Below, piece after piece: positions 35,601 to 45,161 of a stretch of DNA of 64,000 bases. Location: positions 1 to 64,000 of IMG/VR virus record IMGVR_UViG_3300010883_000006. One strand, 5' to 3'. The position numbers and the translations under genes are program-made. The first letter of the stretch is position 1; every line of letters begins with the position of its first letter. The notes under the pieces were generated by a model. It worked only from the letters and a program-made list of their open reading frames with translations, searched no databases and was not told where the DNA came from. Origin of the DNA: a virus. Lineage: Duplodnaviria; Caudoviricetes.

Positions 35601-38600
35601 AATTCAATATTAAAAACATAATTCTCACCACCCCTAAAACCAGTAGAATTACTACTAATATCACTACCAGTATTATTGGTGAGAATTTTAGTTATAGAAT
35701 TATAACTATTTTTAAAAGCAAGTGCACCTCCATTTCCAGAAGGTGGAGCTAGTTCCCAATACCCATCGTCATCCGTATTGTTTAGCCCAGACATTGTTCC
35801 GGGCGTATCCCATTCTATACCACCTTTAGTTAAATAAGTACTAGAACCATTAGTACCACCAAATAATTTTTCTAATTTAAAAGGCCCTGCATCATTACTT
35901 GCCGCCATTTTTCGTGGTATTTGTATTGTAATTTGATTAACATTATCTGTCCAACCAACCAAACCGGCTATTTCCCCAGCACTAGGTGTACTACCTGGTG
36001 TCCCATAACTACCCGGTGTTATTTGTGTACCGTAAAGACTATTAGGTATGTGTAACAACAGCTTATTCGATACCGCTATACCTGTATTAGCGTGAGAACC
36101 TTGTACATAATAAACCTCTACCGATGTATTATCATCTATACTTGCCATTTCAAATGTAGCAGTTTCAACGTAGTCATTGGTTGAGGTACCACCTTTCACA
36201 TATGCGTGAGCATGTAACCTAAAATAATCAGTGAAACAACATATTGACATGACAGCTTTCCAACATTTGGAGAGGGATTCACCATGATAAGCATTACTAT
36301 TATTAAGACTTAAACCGTAATCCGGATTACTTCCAGTCATTTCAAAATTCCGTACCGCGTCTGGAATGTCACCCCAACCTATTTCAGTCATATCCAAATC
36401 AAGTACCACTTCACTATTTGAACTACAGTTACATCCAACTGGGTTATCTGGAACAACTGGAACAACTGGATTACACGGGTCTTCTGGGTCATTAGTTATT
36501 AACCTTAATTCTTCGTTTCTTCTAGGATTTGCTTGTCTAATAGATAGTAAATTTGCTACTGTTTCCGTACATGGCGTCCAACAACCATCCGTTGGTGTTG
36601 AGGCTTGCACGTAGTTCACACAAAAGTCATCATAACTAAAGATTTGTTGACCACAGTTATATGGGGGTGTGGTTGTGGATTGTGCTTGAAGTATCCATTG
36701 TACTCCTGCCGCAAAACCAGCAGTACCATCAGGACAACAAACAACATCACCTACTTCATATTCAAATTCTACATTTTCATCAATTGCGTCACATGCACAT
36801 GGGTGACTTGCTGGGTTAGTACCACCAAGACACGGAGAATATGTAGAATCAAAGCAATCTTGTCCACCAACATTAAATATACCATCTTTAAATGTTATAG
36901 GGTCAACAGTTATTGTTGTTCCGGTACCTCCAGGATTTTCAGGTATTTCAACTTCATTAAAATCATTACAATCATCGGCTTGTCTAAAATTATTTCCACC
37001 TAAAAATGGAATTCCTCCAGTACCACCAATCTTTTCCCAATATGTAATAGTTCCACCTTGTTGTGGGAAGTTTGTTAAGGTAGGTCCCTGTTGAGTCATT
37101 CTGTAACAATCTCTTCCATCCCATACAACCTCATCTCCAAGTGAATAGTAAGTATTAGCATTCCATTCTTCTCCTTCACAACCAAATGAACATGTTGGCA
37201 TACAGACTGTACATCCGGTAACTGAACCAGTAGCACCAGTACCTAAGAAGACATTTAAATCAGTAAGGAATTGTCCTTCACTAAAAAATGATGTATCATT
37301 TCCAGCCAATGGACCAGTATTACCTCCAGCGTTGGTGTATGTCGCTTGGTTGTTTACAATAGGCACACCATTTTGAGTTACGTTAATAAACGAACATGGA
37401 CTGGCAGGGTTGCCAGTAGAAACCCTAGTTCCTGATGGGCCTAAATTATGTTGCCATCCCCAACCTAAATTTTCTAAACCTGAATCCAAGCCACTACAAT
37501 TCATTTCCAATGTCCCTAACTCTATACTTGTCGTAGCGGTAAGAACGTTTGGTCCTAAATCAGGAGCTAAACCAGCATCCGACACATAAACTTTATAAGT
37601 TGTATCAGCAGTGTAAAAACACATAGGTGGATTCTGACACCTTAATTGACTGGCATTACTAGTTATACCAGTATAATTTATTTTAAGATTTTCTATAGCG
37701 GTGTTAAAGTTGTCAGTATGAACGGTACCAGTTGCTGGGTCACCATTTGTATCACAACTATATTCAAAAATACCGGAAGATTCATCTATTACTATTTCGG
37801 GGGTTCCTGGTCCCCAAGTAGCTCCACTTATAAAACAAGTAGTTGCTGTGTACCCTGTAACCGTTGATGTTATTGTTGATGTTACGGTAATTGCACTGGT
37901 TGCAGCGTCCGGATACATTGATTTGTACGCTGTAAGACCCGAATATGGGTTATATTTTGTCATGGCAGACATACTTCCACCTAATGAGTCTATTGTTGGG
38001 TTTATCTTTAAATTTTCTATATTTACAGTATTTCTTTCCATAGCTCCGTACACATGGAGTGGGAAGTTTGTTCTAGCTGCATTACTATCTCTAACAATAG
38101 GATACACAAACCCCCTGAATGAGTCGTAGTTGGTTTGAACGTGTCTAAATGTGTAGAAATCAGCGGAGTAGGGTATTGTTGGTTGTATTACATTTCCACC
38201 AGCACCATTAAGTTGACCACCCTGTGGGTATACGTTCCCTCCTGTAGATGGGAATCCACCACCTAATCCATCACCACTACCCCCAGCATTGTTTCCCGCA
38301 CCTGCATTCGGGAAGTTAATATTCCATGGGTTACCAAAAGTATTTGGGTATCCCGCAATCTCCATTGAGTATGGTGGACACCCTTGGTTTGTAATTTGTA
38401 AACTAATATTATTTCCATTGTTGCCAGACCTACCAGAATTCCAGTCTTGAACATCACCGGTTGGTGTGTTAGCAATAAAACCAAGTGCAGCATTAGCGAT
38501 ACCTCTACATGGACCTGGTCCACTTGGACCTATTAAATTTAACCCCCCATGGTATTGGAATTCTGTTTCATCTTGTAACATAACCACCAAAACATCCTTA

Positions 38601-41600
38601 CTTCCACCAGTCCAACCTACTTGTCCACCAGTAGAACCGTATGATTGTTGGTAGTCAGTTATATTGTTTATCACCATTGGTTCTCCGTACGGTGCTGAAT
38701 TTGGATTCGGTAGTTCACTGAATCCAGTCCATGTAGCATCTTTATTCCAAGCAATCCCATCATTTGTATTATTCCATACTCTACATGGCATTTGTCCTGT
38801 CCAAGGATATTGAGCGGCACATAACCACCTTTCTCCGTTATTAACAATATGGTATAGATTACCTGTCCAATTGTCGAAACCTGCAACCCATGATTGCAGG
38901 GTAGCCTTTGCGTTATTTGCAACAGTAATACCCATAGAGGTACTATCATAATAAACAAATATGTCGGTATCAGCACCAACAGTTGTTGTTCTTTCCACCT
39001 GCATATCTAAACAAGTATCCAATGAAAACTGATGTGGGTCTGGACCATTTACGTAATTCCACATATCTATTCCATTGTCACAAGGACCTTGGACTATTAT
39101 GGTTTTAGGGTTATCTATAAATGGTAAATTTGGGTCTGTAGGTGTGTCATCATGAACATACCAAGTTAAAGTATTATTAGGGTCACCTACATCTTGTGTA
39201 ATTCCACTTAATATAGTCACTACATCTTCTATCCATGCGTCAGTACTAGGTATGTCAGTTAAAGTAGTACTAGAATAATAAATCCCACCATTTGGACTTC
39301 CCTCATACACTGTACCACCTAAAGTTAACCTATTAGACCAAGTTGCTCCACTAAACACAACACCATTACATTGTAAAAACCCATCAACTATTTGTTGGTT
39401 AAAGTTTGGTCCTGTACATTCTATAAATGAACCAAAACATTCTAAGTCGTCACATAAAGGCCCATGTTTATACGAGTATTTGTATCTATGAAATTCTGAA
39501 TTTTCATATCTTGTACCTCCTTGCCATATAGTAGTTGCTGGTATAAATTGTTCTACCAGTCTCATCCAATAATCACCAATTCCCTCAGCATAGTCAATCA
39601 TTTTTTGGTAGGTGTACTTATTACTAGGTATCCCACAAGCTACATCACTTTCAAGATAATCCAAATAAACTTTTAGTAGTGTTGGGTAACCACCAGCATG
39701 TCCATCATCTATTGTTTGTCTATTTTTTACATTAATTAATATTTTCCAAAATTGGTCCGCAAATTCTACAAATGGCATTTTAGAAGCATCTATCTGAATT
39801 TGTGTCCAGTCTGGCCCCCCTATATTTGGGTATGGGGCACTTAAAGCATCTTTACCAAAAGGACATCCAAATTTATTAGATAAGTTCCACACATCCCAGG
39901 TTAGACCTTGTCCAACATTTAAAAATAAATCAACATTTTTTACATTAAGAACTAATCTTTCATCATCGGTAAAATAACGAGTCCCTCTATCTCTAAAACT
40001 ATAAAGTCTTTTACTTTTTTCATTTTCCTTATATACCCAAGATTTTTTATTGTCTTTTGTTCTAGTTATATCAAACCCTAAATTTGTATCAGGAAACTTC
40101 CTATATAGATTTAAATAAGGTTCACCGTATGTGAACTTATTTAATTTTGTTTTAACACTAGGGGTATTACCAGTAAAAACAGAACTTTCAATATCCACCA
40201 TTTCTTTTCCTCGGTGTTCAACAGTTTCTTCAAACCATCCAGCTCCTGCTTGGAAGAACCCGTCTTTATTAAATGTCGGAGCTAACGGATACCCTTCTGA
40301 GTTAACTGGGAATTGTGCTCTAGTAGCTGTAGTATCTACACTAACTAATTCTGTTCCAAAAGTATAACCTGTAACAATAACTGGTGGGAAGGTAGGTGTT
40401 GAGGCTGAAAATAATTGGTCTTTAACAACTATTTCTTCGTAGTAAGTACCTCCAGATATAACTGCTATCCTTTGGTTAAACTTATTCATGTCTATTTTTT
40501 GTCCCGCAACATACACGTGTTCATTAAACTCAATTAGTGCTTCAGGGGCACCCACAAACCTCATTAAAAATTCTATTGCTTTTCTAGTACCTTTAGATTT
40601 AAAAAGGTAAGCAGTGTTAACTAATAACCTCCTATAAAGTTCACTATTTAATGCTGTAGGAGTTGGGGATTGTGCTTTACCAGAATATTCAGATTTACCT
40701 CTTTTTAAGACTGACTCTAAAAACCCTTCTGTTTCAATAGCTGAAGGTGTTTTCCAACCTAATGTATGTGCAAAGTTTTTTAATAGTTCATTAGGAACAT
40801 TGTTAGTAGAATCATACGTTACATTGGTCATGTAAGCTAATCCTTCAATATATGTTTTAATACTATCAAAACTTCTACCATATATTTTCAATATTTGGTC
40901 CACCTTTTCATCTTCAGTGTCAAATTCTTTAAAAGCAGCAGTTGTTAAAAATCTAGAAACTAAGTTTGTTTTATACGCATCAAAATTATCAGCTATTTCC
41001 AATAATTTACCTAAATAAACATTAAATGAAGCTCCTGTAATGACTAAATTCCAATTATTACTGGATGGCCAAGTAAGTGAAGTTGTATTTTGCACAAATT
41101 TCCCACTGTCGGTCTGTGTTGGTATGTCAAAATTAGCTGTATATATCGGGGTTGTGTCTCTTTCTATAATAAACTTTTCAACATCTTCTAAGTTATCGAA
41201 TATTTCTTCAGTTTCTTTTGTATTAGGTTTTATAAAGAAGTTTTCTGTTGTTGTGGTTTGACCAGTAAATGGATTTCCGTACACTTCAACTGATAACGTA
41301 TCTGTTACAGTGTTACCAGTAGTTGGTGACATGAAGGTTATTGGGTACTCTTCTTCTCGTATAAAAAGTGAATATTTGTTATAAAATTGTGTAAAATTTC
41401 TAACAGGGTTTAATTCTTTATCTGTATATATTTTACCTACCTTTGTAAAATCAATTCCAAAAGGGTTATGAACATTTAATAACTCTAAATTAAGAGTAGT
41501 TTCATTTTCTATAGCATCAAAAACTATATTTGTGGCAGTATTACCAGTTAAAAAATTTTTTCTTAGTTTGGTAAATACTAGTGCAGCTGGGAAGTTCTTA

Positions 41601-41932
41601 ATTACGTTTTGTACTGCTACCCTTAGTCTGTCTCGTAAAGACCCATATAAAACAAAATTACTAACCTTACTTCTATCGTAATTTATAAACACCTCCAAAC
41701 TATTAGAGGATACTTTTCTAGCCTCTTCTGTTGAGGTAAAATTAAGTGTAGATAAGGTTATAGGTTCTGAAAAGTTACCTAAAGAAAATTCCCTACTGTC
41801 TTTAGCCCTAACTCCGGAATTTATGCCAAAATTACCTAGTGTAAATTGTGAGGAGCCATCAGTAAACTGTCTACCTACTAAGTTATCTCCAAAGGTATCA
41901 CTACCTTTTCCTATGTTGTTACCGTTAGCCAT
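32633..41932 (-). CDS. Giant (3099 aa) baseplate/tail protein with inserted adhesin modules
   Basis: YLFKSKGTRKAIEFLMRFVG resembles the baseplate wedge/tail protein I motif; vWA-like and CBM5/12-like inserts; uninterrupted ORF. Confidence 0.7.
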   Translation of the reverse strand: MANGNNIGKGSDTFGDNLVGRQFTDGSSQFTLGNFGINSGVRAKDSREFSLGNFSEPITLSTLNFTSTEEARKVSSNSLEVFINYDRSKVSNFVLYGSLRDRLRVAVQNVIKNFPAALVFTKLRKNFLTGNTATNIVFDAIENETTLNLELLNVHNPFGIDFTKVGKIYTDKELNPVRNFTQFYNKYSLFIREEEYPITFMSPTTGNTVTDTLSVEVYGNPFTGQTTTTENFFIKPNTKETEEIFDNLEDVEKFIIERDTTPIYTANFDIPTQTDSGKFVQNTTSLTWPSSNNWNLVITGASFNVYLGKLLEIADNFDAYKTNLVSRFLTTAAFKEFDTEDEKVDQILKIYGRSFDSIKTYIEGLAYMTNVTYDSTNNVPNELLKNFAHTLGWKTPSAIETEGFLESVLKRGKSEYSGKAQSPTPTALNSELYRRLLVNTAYLFKSKGTRKAIEFLMRFVGAPEALIEFNEHVYVAGQKIDMNKFNQRIAVISGGTYYEEIVVKDQLFSASTPTFPPVIVTGYTFGTELVSVDTTATRAQFPVNSEGYPLAPTFNKDGFFQAGAGWFEETVEHRGKEMVDIESSVFTGNTPSVKTKLNKFTYGEPYLNLYRKFPDTNLGFDITRTKDNKKSWVYKENEKSKRLYSFRDRGTRYFTDDERLVLNVKNVDLFLNVGQGLTWDVWNLSNKFGCPFGKDALSAPYPNIGGPDWTQIQIDASKMPFVEFADQFWKILINVKNRQTIDDGHAGGYPTLLKVYLDYLESDVACGIPSNKYTYQKMIDYAEGIGDYWMRLVEQFIPATTIWQGGTRYENSEFHRYKYSYKHGPLCDDLECFGSFIECTGPNFNQQIVDGFLQCNGVVFSGATWSNRLTLGGTVYEGSPNGGIYYSSTTLTDIPSTDAWIEDVVTILSGITQDVGDPNNTLTWYVHDDTPTDPNLPFIDNPKTIIVQGPCDNGIDMWNYVNGPDPHQFSLDTCLDMQVERTTTVGADTDIFVYYDSTSMGITVANNAKATLQSWVAGFDNWTGNLYHIVNNGERWLCAAQYPWTGQMPCRVWNNTNDGIAWNKDATWTGFSELPNPNSAPYGEPMVINNITDYQQSYGSTGGQVGWTGGSKDVLVVMLQDETEFQYHGGLNLIGPSGPGPCRGIANAALGFIANTPTGDVQDWNSGRSGNNGNNISLQITNQGCPPYSMEIAGYPNTFGNPWNINFPNAGAGNNAGGSGDGLGGGFPSTGGNVYPQGGQLNGAGGNVIQPTIPYSADFYTFRHVQTNYDSFRGFVYPIVRDSNAARTNFPLHVYGAMERNTVNIENLKINPTIDSLGGSMSAMTKYNPYSGLTAYKSMYPDAATSAITVTSTITSTVTGYTATTCFISGATWGPGTPEIVIDESSGIFEYSCDTNGDPATGTVHTDNFNTAIENLKINYTGITSNASQLRCQNPPMCFYTADTTYKVYVSDAGLAPDLGPNVLTATTSIELGTLEMNCSGLDSGLENLGWGWQHNLGPSGTRVSTGNPASPCSFINVTQNGVPIVNNQATYTNAGGNTGPLAGNDTSFFSEGQFLTDLNVFLGTGATGSVTGCTVCMPTCSFGCEGEEWNANTYYSLGDEVVWDGRDCYRMTQQGPTLTNFPQQGGTITYWEKIGGTGGIPFLGGNNFRQADDCNDFNEVEIPENPGGTGTTITVDPITFKDGIFNVGGQDCFDSTYSPCLGGTNPASHPCACDAIDENVEFEYEVGDVVCCPDGTAGFAAGVQWILQAQSTTTPPYNCGQQIFSYDDFCVNYVQASTPTDGCWTPCTETVANLLSIRQANPRRNEELRLITNDPEDPCNPVVPVVPDNPVGCNCSSNSEVVLDLDMTEIGWGDIPDAVRNFEMTGSNPDYGLSLNNSNAYHGESLSKCWKAVMSICCFTDYFRLHAHAYVKGGTSTNDYVETATFEMASIDDNTSVEVYYVQGSHANTGIAVSNKLLLHIPNSLYGTQITPGSYGTPGSTPSAGEIAGLVGWTDNVNQITIQIPRKMAASNDAGPFKLEKLFGGTNGSSTYLTKGGIEWDTPGTMSGLNNTDDDGYWELAPPSGNGGALAFKNSYNSITKILTNNTGSDISSNSTGFRGGENYVFNIELQLDCNGSTPLGFEIIPNVPSWSPPSFPSTPVVPTTQPCPYNPSARSLPESTTTIPESVSMSNLQSMGGTVKLTVENILEETAPGQNLQPRNYEISQSQVYIVENYPNFNTNNQIEYNTPVMSMPDGKNTFNIGYGTFNDNDGNEVTQLKWLQEISDKLGSGKMVLQFLDDTQRNSFERNLRTKQIGNVETTIKYGGNGGITGNIDYSQNINTTTKTVKDTYGGLSDWITRSVGPNIFGDTKVVYNENGTFNRFEIRKTPRTKQKNGWSPIDSPNKEIFGSTYSSWSSFRTRYKDATTSLTGRVVKLGSLTTDVYTEYTNLSGYTDSRGNCLSSDLVFDLHFAFSAFTGTTVVPNYRHYSGDTLMPPIEVMGTDGLEELVSGPLVKFIGSDYNGVRPMILPPVLNHKGGPINLPRGPKDYLYYEVPETTGYRFQYKACLYFNYEDNGYCNYLNVYRDLTQGTFPTNDLQYKELINSAIIYQGGPQGEGQDLQYSEGQVAEKYTNTKKYRKQTNPTFGYNPGEGIQNFKARVYLEKTISGTTSAVTMTEFTVGLNELTHPSADEHLTLDVLPTDNLTNYYNCSGTTSVFTRKFEVYLDSDVVNLNKGDVVRLKFENEFHSTTKNINSGYSSRVDLSLGEDKYTNKEVVYKPWYRITHYPSTGVTSTQQMVWNSVEKSRKNIYSSGSTMMSLQEQGTLSIVHRPKTTQVKYSQNPINVRSFNRLTFLDLPSKDYVGPLMLVKTNKPTNHWVKAIENFDKVNSVPRITDYYLQSDDMVTIDCGGRNCNSLYWNLPISNDNQINDPFSNPKNTILLQNRIRTKGNGRTQVVYKAYTPTITEEITTYSVTPNPREAFNGSTFEVVKQSCKTDEDKTIYFKDNSLIIDGKVADIKSSSYNISTPIDSPLRKKYCQCGNNDYIEINPNSMEGCYTWCCAYSPRGGYGDDIYGCAEPEVNKRDLLNKLGNQVLTYGGATNKPRGVVLGKDYKQPKKI

Positions 41933-41935
41933 ATA

Positions 41936-42841
41936 TTAAGCAATATTATTGAAAGCTTTTGTAAAGTCTATATTATCTCCTCTGTCTTGTCTTACCTCAT
42001 ATAGTGGTTGTCCAAACTGGTCTCTTGTTTCAAATAGATTATATTGTTTATAAATATTATCATTACCATCGTAAACGGTATAAATCCCATCTGACAATGA
42101 TTTAGTTTGATTACCGTACAACGCTATACCTAAACTATCAACATCATAGTCAACCATTTCTATTTCTACACTTAAAGGATTAAAAAAAGTATTACTTATT
42201 ATTACATTTTGTGCTGGTTGACCAATATATGGTAAAGCAGTAGGTTTGTTACTTGGTGCTGATGTTGGTGTTAGGGTAACGAATAATAAATTACTTCCCC
42301 CATTGATATACCTATATCTAATAGCTTTTTGGTTACTATTAGTTAAATTTTGTGTTATTGGTTCACAGAAAAATGATGAAGTGACAATTCTGTAAAAATT
42401 AGGGATTTTAGACCCATCAGAATTTAAATACTCAACCCTAAACCCAACTAACCCATTATTCACAAATTTATTTCTCTGTGATGCAGGTACGTTATTTATA
42501 TCAAAAACTAAACCTTTAACATTTGGTAGTGATGATAACACCCCACAATCAGTAATGGAAGTTCTAACCTCTAAAGGTTTTACATATAAAGTATATATTC
42601 CTTTCTCACTAAATTCATTTGCTGGTAACTTTAGATTGTATAACCCACCTAAAAGTTCTATACCATCACCACCATCAGTATTACTATTGTGGTAATAAGG
42701 TGTTAGTATGCTTGCCGCATCTAATTTTTTTACTGTAGCTCCCTCTACTGAGTCTCTAGCGGGAGTATAGACCATTACTACATCAACATCTTCTGGAGAT
42801 ACATCCGCGGGTCTTTTTATTCCATATGTTCCTAAAGCCAT
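41936..42841 (-). CDS. Putative virion structural protein
   Basis: 301-aa beta-rich ORF in the tail block, tightly coupled to neighbours. Confidence 0.65.
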   Translation of the reverse strand: MALGTYGIKRPADVSPEDVDVVMVYTPARDSVEGATVKKLDAASILTPYYHNSNTDGGDGIELLGGLYNLKLPANEFSEKGIYTLYVKPLEVRTSITDCGVLSSLPNVKGLVFDINNVPASQRNKFVNNGLVGFRVEYLNSDGSKIPNFYRIVTSSFFCEPITQNLTNSNQKAIRYRYINGGSNLLFVTLTPTSAPSNKPTALPYIGQPAQNVIISNTFFNPLSVEIEMVDYDVDSLGIALYGNQTKSLSDGIYTVYDGNDNIYKQYNLFETRDQFGQPLYEVRQDRGDNIDFTKAFNNIA

Positions 42842-42851
42842 ATTTTATTTA

Positions 42852-45137
42852 TTATCCTTCTTTTTTTATGTTATAATAACCGTAACCGTAATTTTCTAAA
42901 CCACCTATCGTTTTAACTTCACCTAATCTTTGGTTTGGTGAAAGGACGGATTGCTTACCTCTTTCAATAAATACATCCGATTGTATTTCTGTTGGTTGAC
43001 AAACGTTGATTAATACCTCTTCTTTAGTTAATGGTTCCATACATAACTCAATTGGGCTACCATCTAAAAAATTTGTACCTATTAGTGGGTAGTCAGTTAT
43101 ATATTCACAAGACCCATCATCTATAATTGCGGTTGGGTCGTAGTTAATAGCGTTAGGGTCTGTACAACCATTAGTTGGGTATAGACAACTTCCATCATCA
43201 GAGGTAGCAAATGGGTTATAGTTTAAAGCCATTGGGTCTGTGCATCCTGGACCTGTACCTAGGATATCGTAATCACATACTATCGCACTTGGTACCACTG
43301 GGTCCCCTAAAATAAATGGTGCCCCAGAATCCGTAAATAAGTAGTTACTAGCTAATGGGTCAATACATCCAAAGTCATAAGTACACTGACTTTGGTCATG
43401 CACAGTAACTAAATTAGCTAAATTAAAATTATTTGCGGGGAATCCTGGGTACAATGGGGAAGGCCAAGTACCACCCGCTAATTGTCCACCATCATCCATA
43501 CAACCACTAGTAACATTTAAAGAACAACTTCCATCATCAACTAGTGTTATGTTTGCAACTGGAAAACCTCCAGTACAGTTACCACCATTAACCGAGTTAC
43601 CCCCGTACCCACCTACATCATAAACATCATTAGGGTCAGTACTACACACAGCGTAATTGGTTGGGTCACAACAAAAATAATTGTTATTGCCATTTATAAT
43701 GGCAGCTGGGTCTGTGCATCCATATACCGTCCACTCACAACAAGTTGTATCACCGAAAGAACCAACTGCTGGTTCTACACCTGCACAATCTTGAGTATTT
43801 ATAGGACTAAAATTATTTGCAAAAACATTAGCTATCTGACTTGAGTCCATACACCCAGCATTATTACACACACAAGGTGCGTTTGTAAGGTTCCCTGGTG
43901 AACCAAACACAGGACTAGTTTCGTCACCACCCTCATAAATTTTAGATATGCTACACATAGAACCCTGTAAATTGTTAGTATCAGTAAATGTACCATTTGT
44001 TAAACCACACGCATTAAATATTGCCGTTGTACAACCAGGATTAGTAGAGGTTTGTGGACACGCTCCTGGACTGGAACAAGGTATGGGAGGAATGTTATTA
44101 TCTATAACCATATTTCCTGTAGTAGGGTCAAGCACATACGTATATTGATAACACCTCATACAATCAATATCTGGTTCCCAGTTTGCATTTGCTCCAATAT
44201 CAAATAAACCACCACTACTTACAGACCAAGTACCCTGATTTTGGTTGGGTGTTGGGTTAGTAACAGGGTTGTAGGCTAAATCATTTGGTAGTATATTATT
44301 GGTTGCTGGTTGGTTTAGATAGTTGTCAGACCCAATAAAGTTACCAGCACAATCTAGTGAGGCTCCGGCATTAAAACTTCCAAATTGGGGGTCTGGACAT
44401 CCAAAACTTAGGTAACTACAACAAGCATCATAACCATTTTGACCTCTTGCCGCTGTTAAAGGTCCTTTTCTTCTCCAATAAGGTAACTTAGAAGTAGGAT
44501 GGGTCCTACTATCACTAGTTGTACTGTTTTGAGTATAAGGTATTCCATTCCAAGTACTGGTCCATCCATCAGCGTACACTAATTTAGGACCACTATTTTG
44601 TAATTGTCCACCACTATCTCCAGCTTGTGGTGGTTCACAATCAAAGTTTGCATTTCTATCAAAATTACTCATTTCTTGGTCACCCCCATACCCTAAAGGT
44701 AAACTAGTTAGATAATCACCGTTTGTTTGTATACAATTTACTAAACATGCACCATTAGGTGAACCACCTAAATAGGAATTAGGGTTAGTACATCCCACTT
44801 TCACTTCAAACGCACAATAATGCCATAAGTCTCCCCAACCTCCCCAAATAGAACTACATGCACGAGTATCAGAATAAAAATTACCAGAGGTGTGTTCTTG
44901 ATTACACTGTAAGTCTATAGGACATCCTTTACAAGTACCTTTTAACCCAAATACTGTTTGGAAAGTTCGGTAGTACTCCGACTCTGCCCACGCACCAACA
45001 TTTCCAACTCTACTCATCATGTCACAACACCACGCACCACCATTACTACATGAAGTAAAATCATCAGTCTTACTATTACTCATGCAATCACGGTTATTAA
45101 AACCACAACAACTACCTGCTTCATTCCAATATGCCAT
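42852..45137 (-). CDS. Cys-rich GCTDP/DDGSC-repeat protein with structural-type C-terminal segment
   Basis: About eight GCx(D/N)x repeats, best GCTDPNAINYDPTAIIDDGSC; C-term EIQSDVFIERGK..RLGEV..LENYGYGYY. Confidence 0.7.
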   Translation of the reverse strand: MAYWNEAGSCCGFNNRDCMSNSKTDDFTSCSNGGAWCCDMMSRVGNVGAWAESEYYRTFQTVFGLKGTCKGCPIDLQCNQEHTSGNFYSDTRACSSIWGGWGDLWHYCAFEVKVGCTNPNSYLGGSPNGACLVNCIQTNGDYLTSLPLGYGGDQEMSNFDRNANFDCEPPQAGDSGGQLQNSGPKLVYADGWTSTWNGIPYTQNSTTSDSRTHPTSKLPYWRRKGPLTAARGQNGYDACCSYLSFGCPDPQFGSFNAGASLDCAGNFIGSDNYLNQPATNNILPNDLAYNPVTNPTPNQNQGTWSVSSGGLFDIGANANWEPDIDCMRCYQYTYVLDPTTGNMVIDNNIPPIPCSSPGACPQTSTNPGCTTAIFNACGLTNGTFTDTNNLQGSMCSISKIYEGGDETSPVFGSPGNLTNAPCVCNNAGCMDSSQIANVFANNFSPINTQDCAGVEPAVGSFGDTTCCEWTVYGCTDPAAIINGNNNYFCCDPTNYAVCSTDPNDVYDVGGYGGNSVNGGNCTGGFPVANITLVDDGSCSLNVTSGCMDDGGQLAGGTWPSPLYPGFPANNFNLANLVTVHDQSQCTYDFGCIDPLASNYLFTDSGAPFILGDPVVPSAIVCDYDILGTGPGCTDPMALNYNPFATSDDGSCLYPTNGCTDPNAINYDPTAIIDDGSCEYITDYPLIGTNFLDGSPIELCMEPLTKEEVLINVCQPTEIQSDVFIERGKQSVLSPNQRLGEVKTIGGLENYGYGYYNIKKEG

Positions 45138-45161
45138 TTTGTTTTATTTTAAAGTATTTGT

